From: Takakia lepidozioides
Taxonomy: Eukaryota > Plantae > Bryophyta
Assembly (NCBI GenBank): GCA_030704615.1
Contig: CM060733.1
Coordinates: forward strand, 39,990,001-40,054,000
Length of the DNA: 64,000 bases
Direction of reading: 5' to 3'
The notes under the pieces were generated by a model. It was not told the DNA's origin. It saw only the letters and a list, made by a program, of their open reading frames with translations, and made no database searches. The first letter of the stretch is position 1. Each line of letters opens with the position of its first letter. Made by a program: the position numbers and the translations under genes. This document shows positions 53,070 through 64,000 of the stretch, in pieces.

Positions 53070-54943
53070 AACTATTATAATAAATGTATCAACTATGGTT
53101 ATTATATTTATGAATCACATATACTATTTATTGGTATGTACCGACAAAATTGGTAGGTTGTCATCATTTATTATAATTAAAACAAAACTTTATTTTCAAT
53201 AAACGTTCATACATCGTAATGCACCGACATCCTTTTTTGAAATAAACCTTTACGTGTTAGTACCTATGTTAAAAATAGTAAAATAGTAAGATATATATTA
53301 TTATTTATAACTGCCCTTAGGACTCCTTAGGACTGCCCTAAGGAGTCCTAAGAGGGGGAAAATAGAAATATATAAATTATTATTTATAAATACCTTTAAG
53401 ACACCTAAGAGGGGGAAAATACAAATATATATGTGATTATTTATAATTACCTTTAGAACTTTTAGGACAGTCCTAAGGAGTCATAAGAGGAAATAAATGG
53501 AAAGACATAAATATTTGCCCTTAAGACCTGTTTAGGCAGCCAAAGGGGTTATAAGAAGGGAAAAATGGAAACATATAAATATTATCTATAATAACCCTTA
53601 GTAAGAAGGGTAAAATTGAAAAATGTAAATTATTATTTATAATTGCCCTTAGGACTCCTTAGGGCAGCCCTAAGGAGTACTAAGAGGGAAAAATGGAAAT
53701 TTATAAATTATAGGAAAAATAAAAATATATACATTATTATTTATAATTACCCTTAGGACTTCTTAGGATAGTCCTAGGGAGTCCTAAGAGGAGAAAAATG
53801 GAAAGACATAAATAATTGTCCTTAAGACCCATTTAGGCAACCTAAGGAGTTATAAAAGGGGAAAAATGGAAACATATAATTATTATCTATAATTGCCCTT
53901 AGGACTCTACCCTAAGGAGTCCTAAGAGGGGAAAACGGAAATATATAGACTAATATTTATAATTACCCTTAGGACTCCTTAGAACTGCACTAAGGAGTCC
54001 TAAGAGAGGGGAAAATAAAAACGTATAAATTATTATTTATAATTACCCTTACGGCTTCATAGGACAGTCCTAAAATTAAAAAAAGGAAAGACATAAATAA
54101 TTGTCCTTAAGACCCGTTTAGATAACCTAAAGGGTTATAAGAGGGGGGAAATAGAAACATATAAATTATTATCTACAATTGCCCTTAGGACTCCTTAGGG
54201 CTCCTAAGAAGGGGAAAATTGAAAGATGTAAATTACTATCTATAATTGCCCTTAGAACTCCTTAGGGCGGCCCTAATGAGTCCTAAGAGAAGAGGGGGGA
54301 AAATAAAAACATATAAGTTATTATTTATAATTACCCTTATGATTTCTTAGGACTGTCCTAAGGAGTCCTAAGAGGAGAAAAATGGAAATACATAAATAAT
54401 TGCCCTTAAGACCCGTTTCGACAACCTAAGGGGTTATCAGAGGAGGAAAATAGAAACATATAAATTATTATCTATAATTGCCTTTAAGACTCTTTAGGGC
54501 CGCCCTAAGGAGTCCTAAGAAGGGGAAAATTGAAAGATGTAAATTATTACTTATAATTGCCCTTAGGACTCCTTAGGGCGACCCTAAGGAGTCCTAAGAG
54601 TGGGAAAATAAAATGATATAAATTATTATTTATATTAGCTTCCTAAGAGGAGGGAAAATGGAAAGATGTATATTTATAATTGCCCTTAGGACTCCTTAGG
54701 GCGTCCCTAAGGAGTCCTACGGGAATTGTTTTAAAAAACAAATACTATAATAAATGTATCAACTTTGATCATTACATTTAAGAATCACATGTACTATTTA
54801 TTGGTATGTACTGACAAAATTTGTAGGTGACACCATTTATTACAATTAAAACAAGATTTTATCCTCGATAGACGTTCATACAGCTATTTGTAATGCCCGA
54901 CATCTATTTTTAAATAAACCTTCATGAGTACCTATTCAAAAAG
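53070..54943. repeat. Palindromic ~70-bp tandem array with ~295-bp higher-order period, flanked by ~200-bp direct repeats
   Basis: About 20 units over 53300-54720 with core CTTAGGACTCCTTAGGG-nnn-CCCTAAGGAGTCCTAAG. The variant unit ccttaagacc recurs at ~53518, 53820, 54105 and 54403. Flanks 53070-53275 and 54742-54943 are diverged copies of each other. Confidence 0.9.
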
Positions 54944-55029
54944 TGTGTGGGATAAGGTTAATAAATAGCAACTTTTCATTCTGTTTTCATCCAATTATTT
55001 TATTTTTCATTCATTCTTTTTTTTCCCCT

Positions 55030-56090
55030 ATAAGTATAGAAAACGAGGATCATTTTCTTCTCTTTCTGCCACAAGTTCGTTGCAGACAATAGAACTGTCT
55101 CTTAGTTTTGCTCTTTTACCTTTGTTTATCGGTTTCTTCTTTGTTTCTGTTGCTTGTTTATGTTTCTCTGTTCTTTCGGTTATTTGACAATTTTTTTTAG
55201 TTCTTCTCAGCAGTTTCATTTGTCTTTGTTCTTCAGTTTTGGTTCTCTATTTATGTTTCTTTGAAACCTCTATAAGTATGCAGAACGATGATCATTTCCT
55301 TCACTTTCTTCTGCAAGCAAGCTTTTTATGTAGAATAGAACTGTTCTGCTCCTTTGCCTTCGTTTGTGTTTCTTCTTTGCTTATGTTGTTTGCTTATGTT
55401 TCTTTGTTCTTTAGAACTGTCTCTTAGTTCTTCTCAGTAGCCTTCATTTTTTTCTTTCATTTTCTGTTCTTTGTTTATGTTTCTTTCTGATCACTGTTCT
55501 TTGTATTTCTGTGTGAGTTGTTCAACGGAATAGAACTTTCTATTCGTTCTCTCTCTTTCGTTTTGTTTGTGTTTTTCTTCTTTGCTTTTGTTGTTTGTTT
55601 ATGTTGCTTTGTTCTTTCGGTTCTGTGGCAAAATAAACTGTCTCCTAATTCTAGTTCTGAGTAGCCTTCATTTGTTTTTTGCCTTTGCTTTTTGTTCATT
55701 GTTTATGTTTCTTTCCGATCTCTATTCTTTGTATTTCTGTGTGAATTGTACAGCAAAATAGAACTTTCTATTCTTTCTTTTTCTTTGTTCTTTCTCTTTC
55801 GTTTTGTTTCTTTCCTCTTCGTTTGTCTTTCTTCTTTGCTTCTGTTGTTTGTTTATGTTGCTTTGTTCTTTCGGTTCTGTGGCAAAATAAAACTGTCTCC
55901 TAATTCTTCTGAATAGCCTTCATTTGTTTTTTTCTTTCACTTTCTGTCTTTGTTTATGTTTTTTTCTTATCTCTGTTCTTTGTATTTCAGTATGAGTTGC
56001 TCAGCGAAATAGAACTTTCCCTTATTTCTTTCTCTTCATTTTTTCTCTTCGTTCTTTCTCTTTCGTTTTGTTTTGTTTTCTCTTCTTCTA
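55030..56090. repeat. T/C-rich degenerate tandem repeat (~220-250 bp units)
   Basis: aactgtctc(c/t)ta.ttcttct..(g/a)tagccttcatt recurs at ~55416, 55637 and 55891; strong strand asymmetry. Confidence 0.75.
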
Positions 56091-56859
56091 ACATATCAGA
56101 CTCACTATCAGATAACAACCAAAAACACTATCTTATATTTCCAAGAGATCATCAAAATCCATTACACTGTGATTATGCCACTTGAATGTTACATCATAAT
56201 CTATAGTATATTTGATATTCAAGCATGATATCAATATAGTATATACAACTTAGAGATTATAAATATTTAACTATAATCAGAATTATATATATATATAGTA
56301 TATATATTTATATTACAATAAGTAAATAAATTTATTAATAAATATATGTATTTTAAAATCTAGCTATAACCTAACGACGTCACTACATAAATCAATTATC
56401 ATTCTATCCATCAACGAGTCAATTATCATTCCATTCATTATCATAACTCAATCATTATCAGTTACAATCATGTGTTATTTTTACTTACTACATAATTATT
56501 TATTCATATACTTTATATCTTATCAGTACATTTTCATATTTCAAATTTAAAATCTTAAATATTTATATTAAAATATTTACTTAAGAGAATTAATATTATT
56601 TATTTATTTATTTAAACATAATGATGTATATTATATATTATAAGAATAAATATATTATCAATTTATATCATGCTTTCAATGTCAGATTCATCATTCCAAT
56701 TTAAATCTAATCAATTATGTCATCTATCATATTACATCTCAAAAACTTCAAATATTTCAAATATACTATTTATATTAACGATTTTATTTATAAAATAAAA
56801 ATAAAAATAGATATATAATAATATAATATTTATTAAATACTCAAACTATAAATCAATAT

Positions 56860-58015
56860 ATAATGTATAATACTATATTCTATCATGTTCTCAACCTCAG
56901 ATTTCATCATTTCAATAAATTCAAAATCCATTCAATCAAATTGTTTATCATATTACATTCCAAAACTCCAATTTATTTAACCTTTATGATTAATCTTAAA
57001 GGCCTTTCGGCCATAATTTTGTATGCTATAATGGATAGCTAAAAGGGTTCGAATCCTTTGGTATTGTGAATACCAAAGTTGCGACAAGGAATGTCGCAAG
57101 GATGTCTTGGCGCGGGGTCAATGGCCACAAGGCTACGGCAACCCATGTCTTATGAGTACATTCTTTGCAGAGTATACATATTTATTTAATAAATAAATAA
57201 AAATGGATATATAATAATATAATATGTAATAAATACTTAAACTATAAATCAATATATCATATAATGTATAATGTATAATACTATATTCTATCATGTTCTC
57301 AACCTCAGATTTCATCATTCAATAAATTCAAAATCCATTCAATCAAACTGTTTATCATATTACATTCCAAAACTCCAATTTATTTAACCTTTATGGTTAA
57401 TCTTAAAGGCCTTTCGGCCATAATTTTGTATGCTATAATGGATAGCTAAAAGGGTTCAAATCCCTATAACAAAAATGAAGTTATTGTGAATACCAAAGCT
57501 GCGACAAGGAATGTCGCAAGGATGTCTTGGCGCGGGGTCAATGGCCACAAGCTACGGCAAACCACGTCTTATGAGTACATTCTTTGCAGAGCATACATAT
57601 TTATTTTAATAATAATAATTTAAAATAGATATATTATAATATAATATGTATTAAATACTTAAACTATAAATCAATATATAATATAATGTATAATGTATAA
57701 TACTATATTCTATCATGTTCTCAACCTCAGATTTCATCATTTCAATAACTTCAAAATCCATTCCATCAAATTGTTTATCATATTACATTCCAAAACTCCA
57801 ATTTATTTAACCTTTATGGTTATCTTAAAGGCCTTTCGGCCATAATTTTGTATGCTATAATGGATAGCTATAAGGGTTCGAATCCCTATAACAAAAATGA
57901 AGTTATTGTGAATACCAAAGCTGCGACAAGGAATGTCACAAGGATGTCTTAGCGCGGGGTCAATGGCCACAAGGCTACGGCAAACCGCGTCTTATGAGTA
58001 CATTCTTTGCAAAAC
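56860..58015 (+). repeat. Three tandem ~410-420 bp units, each ending in the RTEX-like LINE tail
   Basis: Marker ggcctttcggcc at 57001, 57408 and 57830. Each unit has GGGTTC(G/A)AATCC, a hairpin tgcgaca-aggaa-tgtc(g)ca and gcgcggggtcaatggccacaaggctacggcaa..tcttatgagtaca. Confidence 0.9.
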
Positions 58016-58694
58016 ATACCTGCCAGATTGAAGAAAAAAATTGATCTCAAAAAACCATTTAAAAAGTTGTTCTGACTCCTGTGCGTCAAAATCTTATAAT
58101 TGCAGTTCATTGTCAAGAATGTGAGCTACAGCCGTAAGCACCGGCATTTGAACTCTATACTTCGGAGTCAATGCGATGACCACCTGCTGTGGCAACACCC
58201 TCCCCTGCTCGACTCATGGAGGACAAAATGTCTTCAAGTTTTTTACCTGACCCCTATCTGACCCCCATAGATCCATTCCTTGACAATCTCACAAAAAAGT
58301 AAGCATAATGTCCCCAGATCGAGAAAGATTGAGAAAGTTTTGCCAGGGTTGTAGATTTTGCACCCATATTTTCTGCAGCCATCTAATTTTTGAGTAGCCC
58401 TAACCAACAAGAGCCGCCATGCAATTGTTCCCAAGCTTCATTTTTCTTCTTGGTCATGGTTGATTGTTGAGGGCGTTTGGCACCCTTTGGGATTTAACTC
58501 TTTTTTTCCCCTTCAATAATTTAATTATTAACAATATATTTATTTGGCTACAAAAAATGTGACATTTTGGCTAAAATATATTAGGGTTTAGCTAGAACTT
58601 GTCGACGTGGCCTTCTGTCTTGCTGAGAAAGAAAAACTTGGCACTAGCTGGCATCCTAAAGAAAATAAATAAAAATAAATAAATAAAAATAAAC

Positions 58695-58732
<38 letters not shown>

Positions 58733-59139
58733 AGGAAGATATGGTAACACTTCACCACAGGGCCTTACCACACAAGCGGCAGTGAGCTCGAATGACATGG
58801 AAGGCCCTGGCTAGGATTGTAGCACCTCTATGTTAAGAGTTATCTTTGGTGGCATCGAAATCTTGGTGGAGTTAAGTGGATGATGGGTCCTCTCTTCATT
58901 GATGTCTTAGGGGAGGAGTTCCTTCTCCAAATCAAATCCCACTACGACAAAGCATGTACATCCAGGGAGAAATTGCACAGGTTGGCTCTCTCTATGGTTG
59001 ATAACCAGACAAAAGCGAGATGGCTTGAGATTTGGAACTCGGATCAGACGGTGAAGGATCTGAATCAATTCCCAAAAAGCACAGTCCAGCCCTGGCACCA
59101 AGGTCGAGGGAATAGACACTGCTGAGAAGGGTACTAGTC

Positions 59140-59340
59140 AGCGTTTTTTTTTTTGGCGAATTTTCGCCAAATGGCGACCTCAAAAAATAGAAAAGAATAT
59201 TCCGAGGCAAATGCCATGTTTTTTCATGGATGAAATCGCCAATTTCTCCAAAAAAAATAAAAAATATGGATGAATTTGCCAAATATGGATGATATAAATG
59301 GATGAAAGTATGGATGTGGATGATTCTGTCAATGGATGAA
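59140..59340. repeat. Fragment of a dispersed non-autonomous DNA element
   Basis: Starts cagcgttttttttttggcgaattttcgcca; a similar start at ~60283 (cagccttttttttttaggcgaaaa); internal ggatga repeats; no complete TIR pair seen. Confidence 0.4.
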
Positions 59341-61484
59341 CAGAATATATGCCTAATTTTTGCAAAACTCTGTAGCCACTCGTGCTATTTTCCGAATTAA
59401 AATTTATATTTATAAAATAAAATAAAATAAAAAAAAAAAAAAAAAACTTCGATACTAGTACATACCTTGCAATTACACATACATAAATATACAAACTGGA
59501 AAAAGGACAGTACCCTGCATTTACATAAAAATGATTGGAGGGAAAGCCATAGGATAATTGATATACAATAGGCACTTCAATCCACAAATACCTGACTCCA
59601 AAATGTGGCCTAGACTGATGACAGACAATGTGAGGCATTTCCCATGAAGCGATCAATAGCAGTGCAATGATGGCAGCAACCCTTTTTTTTTTCATTTCTG
59701 CCTAGTCGTGGAGGTGGTGAAGTTTTCTTGGGGTTAAGTGCAGAGGTGGCGACATGTACAATGTCCACCTGGATCCTACCTGGCTACAGGTATGCAAAGT
59801 ATTGTGCAATATGGCGATCCGACGGTGCAATAATATGGCTACTATATATGGCTGCATATATATATAGCCTCTCATTTTTTAATGATTGCGACTTGAATGC
59901 ACCTATGGGCCCCGCCAGTACGGCCCAACGGGAAGGTATTCCGCGTGAGGGTGGAGATGCTCTTAGTGCAGGAGAAGGTGGAAGATGAAACACTCTGCAG
60001 GACAGATTGATCATGCTTCAGCTCAACCGAAGTACAGCAATTGTTGGACTACAATCCCAATGACCATGTCAGTAGTTATTCTTGCTGGCTTACTAAAAGG
60101 CTAGAATACTCTATTTGCACTGCACTGCACCCACACATGCCTCCGTGATAGTTAGGAAAGCACATATGAGAGCAGCTGATGTGTTGGTTGGGAGAGCTGA
60201 TTAGGGGCCTTATTAGTAAATGGCTCTCGCTGTCATGGCATGGGGCCTTCACAGGCTGGAGCTCTCTCCCTACACTGCCATCCAGCCTTTTTTTTTTAGG
60301 CGAAAAATAGCCAAAAAGCTACCAAAAAATGTGGGCCCGCGACACCCCTATTCAAAAAACTGGGGCAAAAATAAAAAATATCGCCAAAACGGGGCGGGGG
60401 CCTGGCCAACTGGTGCCAGAAAGCACCAGGGGAACCCACCCTTTCGCCTGGGAACTGGGGAGCATGGCCCCCCCTACATCCAAGGGCTGGCGCCCCATCT
60501 CACCAAGAGTTAGCGCGATTTCGCCACCTGCACCTATTTCCACCGTCCGATCTCTAGCCAGTAGCCATATTGCATATATAGGCTATATGCTTCTCATTGT
60601 TTGATAATTGCGATTTGAATGCGGGCACGTGTGGTTGTGGCGGGTCCCGTGGGTGGCGCAGGGTGGGGCGACCCCTACCCAACGGGGTTAGTCTGCTCGG
60701 GTGAGCCGCCCCGGGGCGCGCGCATGGGAAGCGAGAGGGGGGAGCGAGTCTATTGGACCCACAAAACACCTGAAATATGCAGATAAATAATTAATTATTT
60801 GAAGAGTTTGCAGAAAGTAGTGGCTAGTGTGGTGGTAAAAAGCAACTTGTGAAGAACGTAAGGTTTGTTGTTCAAATCCTGGCAGGTGATATTGTGGCGG
60901 TAATATGTGTTAATTATAAGTATATCTTTTGTTTGAGGAGGGTCTGAAAGTTGGAGTTAGGCGCCTAACTCCAAAGTTGGAGTCGTCGTCAGTATGCTCG
61001 CCAGTCAGTTCGCTCGTCAATCGCCAGTCTGTTGGTGAGTCCGCTTGCCAATCGCCGGTCAGTCCGCTCGCCACTCGCCAGTCTGCTGATCAGTCTACTT
61101 GCCAGTCCGCTCGCCAATCCGCTGGTCAATCCGCTCGCCAGTTGGAGTCAGTCTGTTGAGGGTCTGGCTAGTCCGCTCGAAGGTCCGCCGCCATTAAAGA
61201 ACTAGGACTTAGAAAAAATTCAGAATCTAGACCCGGTGAAAGGGGGGTGGGTTCATGAGCTCCCGCCAATGCCAAAGGGCCATTTTCAATGCCATTTTGG
61301 ACACAAACGGTACCCCATCATTTGCACGGAACTGTAAATCCCGTAATGTACGGGCACGGAAAATGGTTCCGCACACAGAATAATTGTACTTCTTTCAGTG
61401 CGCTGAACAAGCAACAGAACATGCCTAATTATCAGGACGACGACCTCTAGAGCACTCTCGCAGCTTCCCACCACCTGTGTTCCA

Positions 61485-62688
61485 TTGGCTCAACCTGCTC
61501 CTACCAAACGCTTGAAGGGGAAGAATTTCTCGGTGGAAGAGAAGCGGCAACTATGTAGATCGTTTCTGGCTGTGTCACAAGACCTGATTACTGGCAACGG
61601 CCAAAAATCCGAAGCATTTTGGAAGAGGATTGGTTTCCATTTCAACTGCAAGCGCCTTGATGGTTTGCTTGAGCGGCCATATCGAAGCCTGGAATCAAAG
61701 TGGCAAACGATCCGCCACGACGTGAGCAAATGGGTAGGAGTGTATGGGCAGGTAGTGGAATTGAGAGAGAGTGGCACTTCAGAGGACGACCAAATGCAGA
61801 AGGCGTTGAAACTCTATGTGGACAAACACCCTAAAAACCAATCGTTTGTGTTTCTTCACTGTTGGGAGATCTTAAGACAAGTGTCGCGTTGGCACCTTGA
61901 CGATTGCAATAAGACTCTAGAAATGAAAAGAAAGCGATCACTTCCCTCAGGGGAGGTAGACGACATCCATGTGGTGGAGGACGATGCAGATGCCTTGGGG
62001 AATGAACAGCTTGCAGCCGCTTCAAATAGAGGTTTTCCCTTAGTGCCCTCAAGGCGCAAAGGCTGCAAAGGATGATCAGAGAGAGAAGCGAGTAGCTGAA
62101 CTTGCAACGAGGGCCCAGACAACTGCAATTGCCGAAATGGCTGCAGCCACAAAAAGAAGAGCTGAAGCCTTGTCCGATGCCTCGGCATTGAGCCTCTTCA
62201 CCCTACCTTGGATGGAGCACAATGATGAGGCCCTTGAATACTTGAGGTTGCGACGCTCTGAGGAGCTGTTGAAGGTGAAGTTCCGTATCCAAGGCGTTGA
62301 AGCTGCTATGAAGGCTGCCGAGGTCACCCAAGCGAAGACCAATCCTCCCCCAATTATTCCCCCTGCTACTGCTCCAATTCATGAAAGTCAGCCGTCACTG
62401 GCAGAGCAGCATAGTCCAACAAATTTTGTTGTGAACCTATTTCCCAAATTTAATGAACTGTTCATTGCAGAAATCCAAGGTTATTTCCGTCTATACCAAG
62501 AGTATTTCAAGCCAGTAGAGAGCAGAAATGAGGCATTCAGACCTACGAACGAATTTATTCATCCCCGTCGTGTTGATGATCAATTCTACACCCCCACGCC
62601 ATTCCAACAGGAGGCTGGCAATCGCCCAGACCTTGATGAGTCACAAGGAGAGGATTCAGAATATAGGATGGATTGCACATTCGAATGA
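61485..62688 (+). pseudogene. PIF/Harbinger Myb/SANT-like accessory protein with NAM-associated domain, frameshifted
   Basis: NFSVEEKRQLCRSF..GNGQKSEAFWKRI..LESKWQTI..SGTSEDD..FVFLHCWEILR..W. After a frameshift near 62040 it continues PQGAKAAK..EALEYLRLRRSEEL. No ATG start. Confidence 0.82.
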
Positions 62689-62693
62689 GAGAG

Positions 62694-63445
62694 ACTAGCA
62701 CTCAGACAACCCTACCACAAAAATTGGTTCAATTTGCATGCAGTGTGGCTTCATAGATTTCTAACAAGTGCTATGACGATTGTATGAGGGCCTCCAGAGC
62801 CTAACATTTTTTTTAATACATTGTGGACAGGTCCCAAGCACATCTGAATTTCTTGTTTGTGTTTTCGTACATACTAGCACTTAGACAGCCCTACCATCGC
62901 AAAAATTGCTTCAATTTGCATGTAGTGTGGCTTCATAGATTCCTAACAAGTGCTATGACGATTGTATCAGGGCCTCCGGAGCCTAACATTTTTTTAATAC
63001 ATTGTGGACAGGCCCCAAGCACATCTGAATTTCTTGTTTGTGTTTTCGTACATACTAGCACTCAAACAGCCTTACCATCGCAAAAATTGGTTCAATTTGC
63101 ATGTAATGTGGCTTCATAGATTCCTAACAAGTGCTATGACAATTGTATGAGGGCCTCTAGAGCCTAACTTTTTAATACATTGTGGACAGGCCCCAAGCAC
63201 ATCTGAAATGTCTTGTTTGTGTTTTCGTACATACTAGCACTCAGACAACCCTACCATCGCAAAACTTGCTTAAATTTGCATGTAGTGTGGCTTCATAGAT
63301 TCCTAAAAAGTTCTATGATGATTGTATGAGGACCTCCAGTGCCTAACATGTTTTTAATACATTGTGGACAGGCCCCAAGCACATCTGAAATTTCTTGTTT
63401 GTGTTTTCGTACATACTGGCACTCAGACAGCCCTACCATCGCACC
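62694..63445. repeat. ~180-bp tandem repeat, about 4.2 copies
   Basis: actagcactcagacaaccctacc at 62694, 62873, 63054, 63233 and ~63415. Confidence 0.92.
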
Positions 63446-63474
63446 CATTGGTTAGTTTTGCTTATGGTATTGCT

Positions 63475-64000
63475 TGGTAGGTGGGGGGCCACACTAGGAA
63501 TGTGTGGACCCTCCCCCATGCCATTCTCATTTTTTGGCATCAACATATGCCCCAGTTTGTGAGTATGTCTTCGAAAACCACAATGTGTCAACTTAGTATC
63601 ATATCATTCCATGTATTTGACATTCTTTGTGAGAATTCAGGATTATAGTACGTGGGGGGCTTCACTTGAAATGTGTGGAGCCCTCCCACATGCCATTCTC
63701 ATTTGTTGGCATGAAGATATGCCTCAGTTTGTGAATATCTGTTCCAAAACCTAGAAAATGAGTCTTAGCATCATAAAATTCAATCTTCATGATGTTTTTG
63801 GTGCAAATTCAGGGCTGTAGTAGGTGGGGGCCGTTATTACCAATGTGTAGAGCCCTCCCACATACCCTTCTCATTTGTTGGCATGAAGATATGCCCCAAT
63901 TTGTGAATATATGTTCCAAAACCTAGAAAATGAGTCTTAGCATCATATAATTCAATCTTCATGATGTTTTTGGTACAAATTGAGGGCTGCAGTAAGTGGG
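63475..64000. repeat. ~170-bp tandem repeat, 3+ copies, runs off the window
   Basis: gtaggtggggg..atgtgtgga.ccctccc.catgccattctcatt at ~63477, 63647, 63817 and 63989. Confidence 0.88.

Noticed and set aside
53300-54720. CRISPR array (regularly spaced palindromic repeats)
   Set aside because: The inter-repeat sequences are homologous to each other rather than unique spacers, there are no cas genes, and the context is eukaryotic.
57030-57060. tRNA gene suggested by GGTTCGAATCC (also at ~57450 and ~57875)
   Set aside because: No cloverleaf; the A-box-like and B-box-like parts are adjacent, with no D or anticodon arms.
57110-57165. Hammerhead ribozyme / retrozyme suggested by CTTATGAG and nearby hairpins
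   Set aside because: The core needs CTGATGA and a downstream GAAA with paired stems, which are not present; the motif is explained as a LINE tail.

Overview
Intron-rich eukaryotic nuclear DNA from a land plant, probably a non-seed plant, judging from the PLS/DYW PPR fragments, plant STT3A/CBSX5/GH43 homologues and the TE families. There are four host genes, all on the minus strand: STT3A (14 exons visible, running off the left edge), an unknown Ser/Pro-rich gene, a CBSX5-like gene and a GH43 galactanase-like gene. There is also a scrambled PPR-DYW pseudogene. Between STT3A and the PPR locus is a nested TE stack: an L1 fragment carrying a complete non-autonomous CACTA element abuts a 5'-truncated Mutator-like element (MULE). 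That element encodes an uninterrupted, intron-containing transposase (GCM-like zinc domain, MULE DDE core, zinc-finger, SWIM). Inside its apparent right end it carries a spliced fragment of a bacterial-type beta-class N4-cytosine/N6-adenine DNA methyltransferase. This MULE plus amino-methyltransferase cassette is the most notable system in the window, but the catalytic N-terminal half of the methyltransferase is missing in this copy. The right part holds an AT-rich composite block (a palindromic higher-order array, and three tandem units ending in an RTEX-like LINE tail) and a degenerate Harbinger Myb/SANT gene with tandem arrays. All calls come from reading the sequence; no database searches were run.
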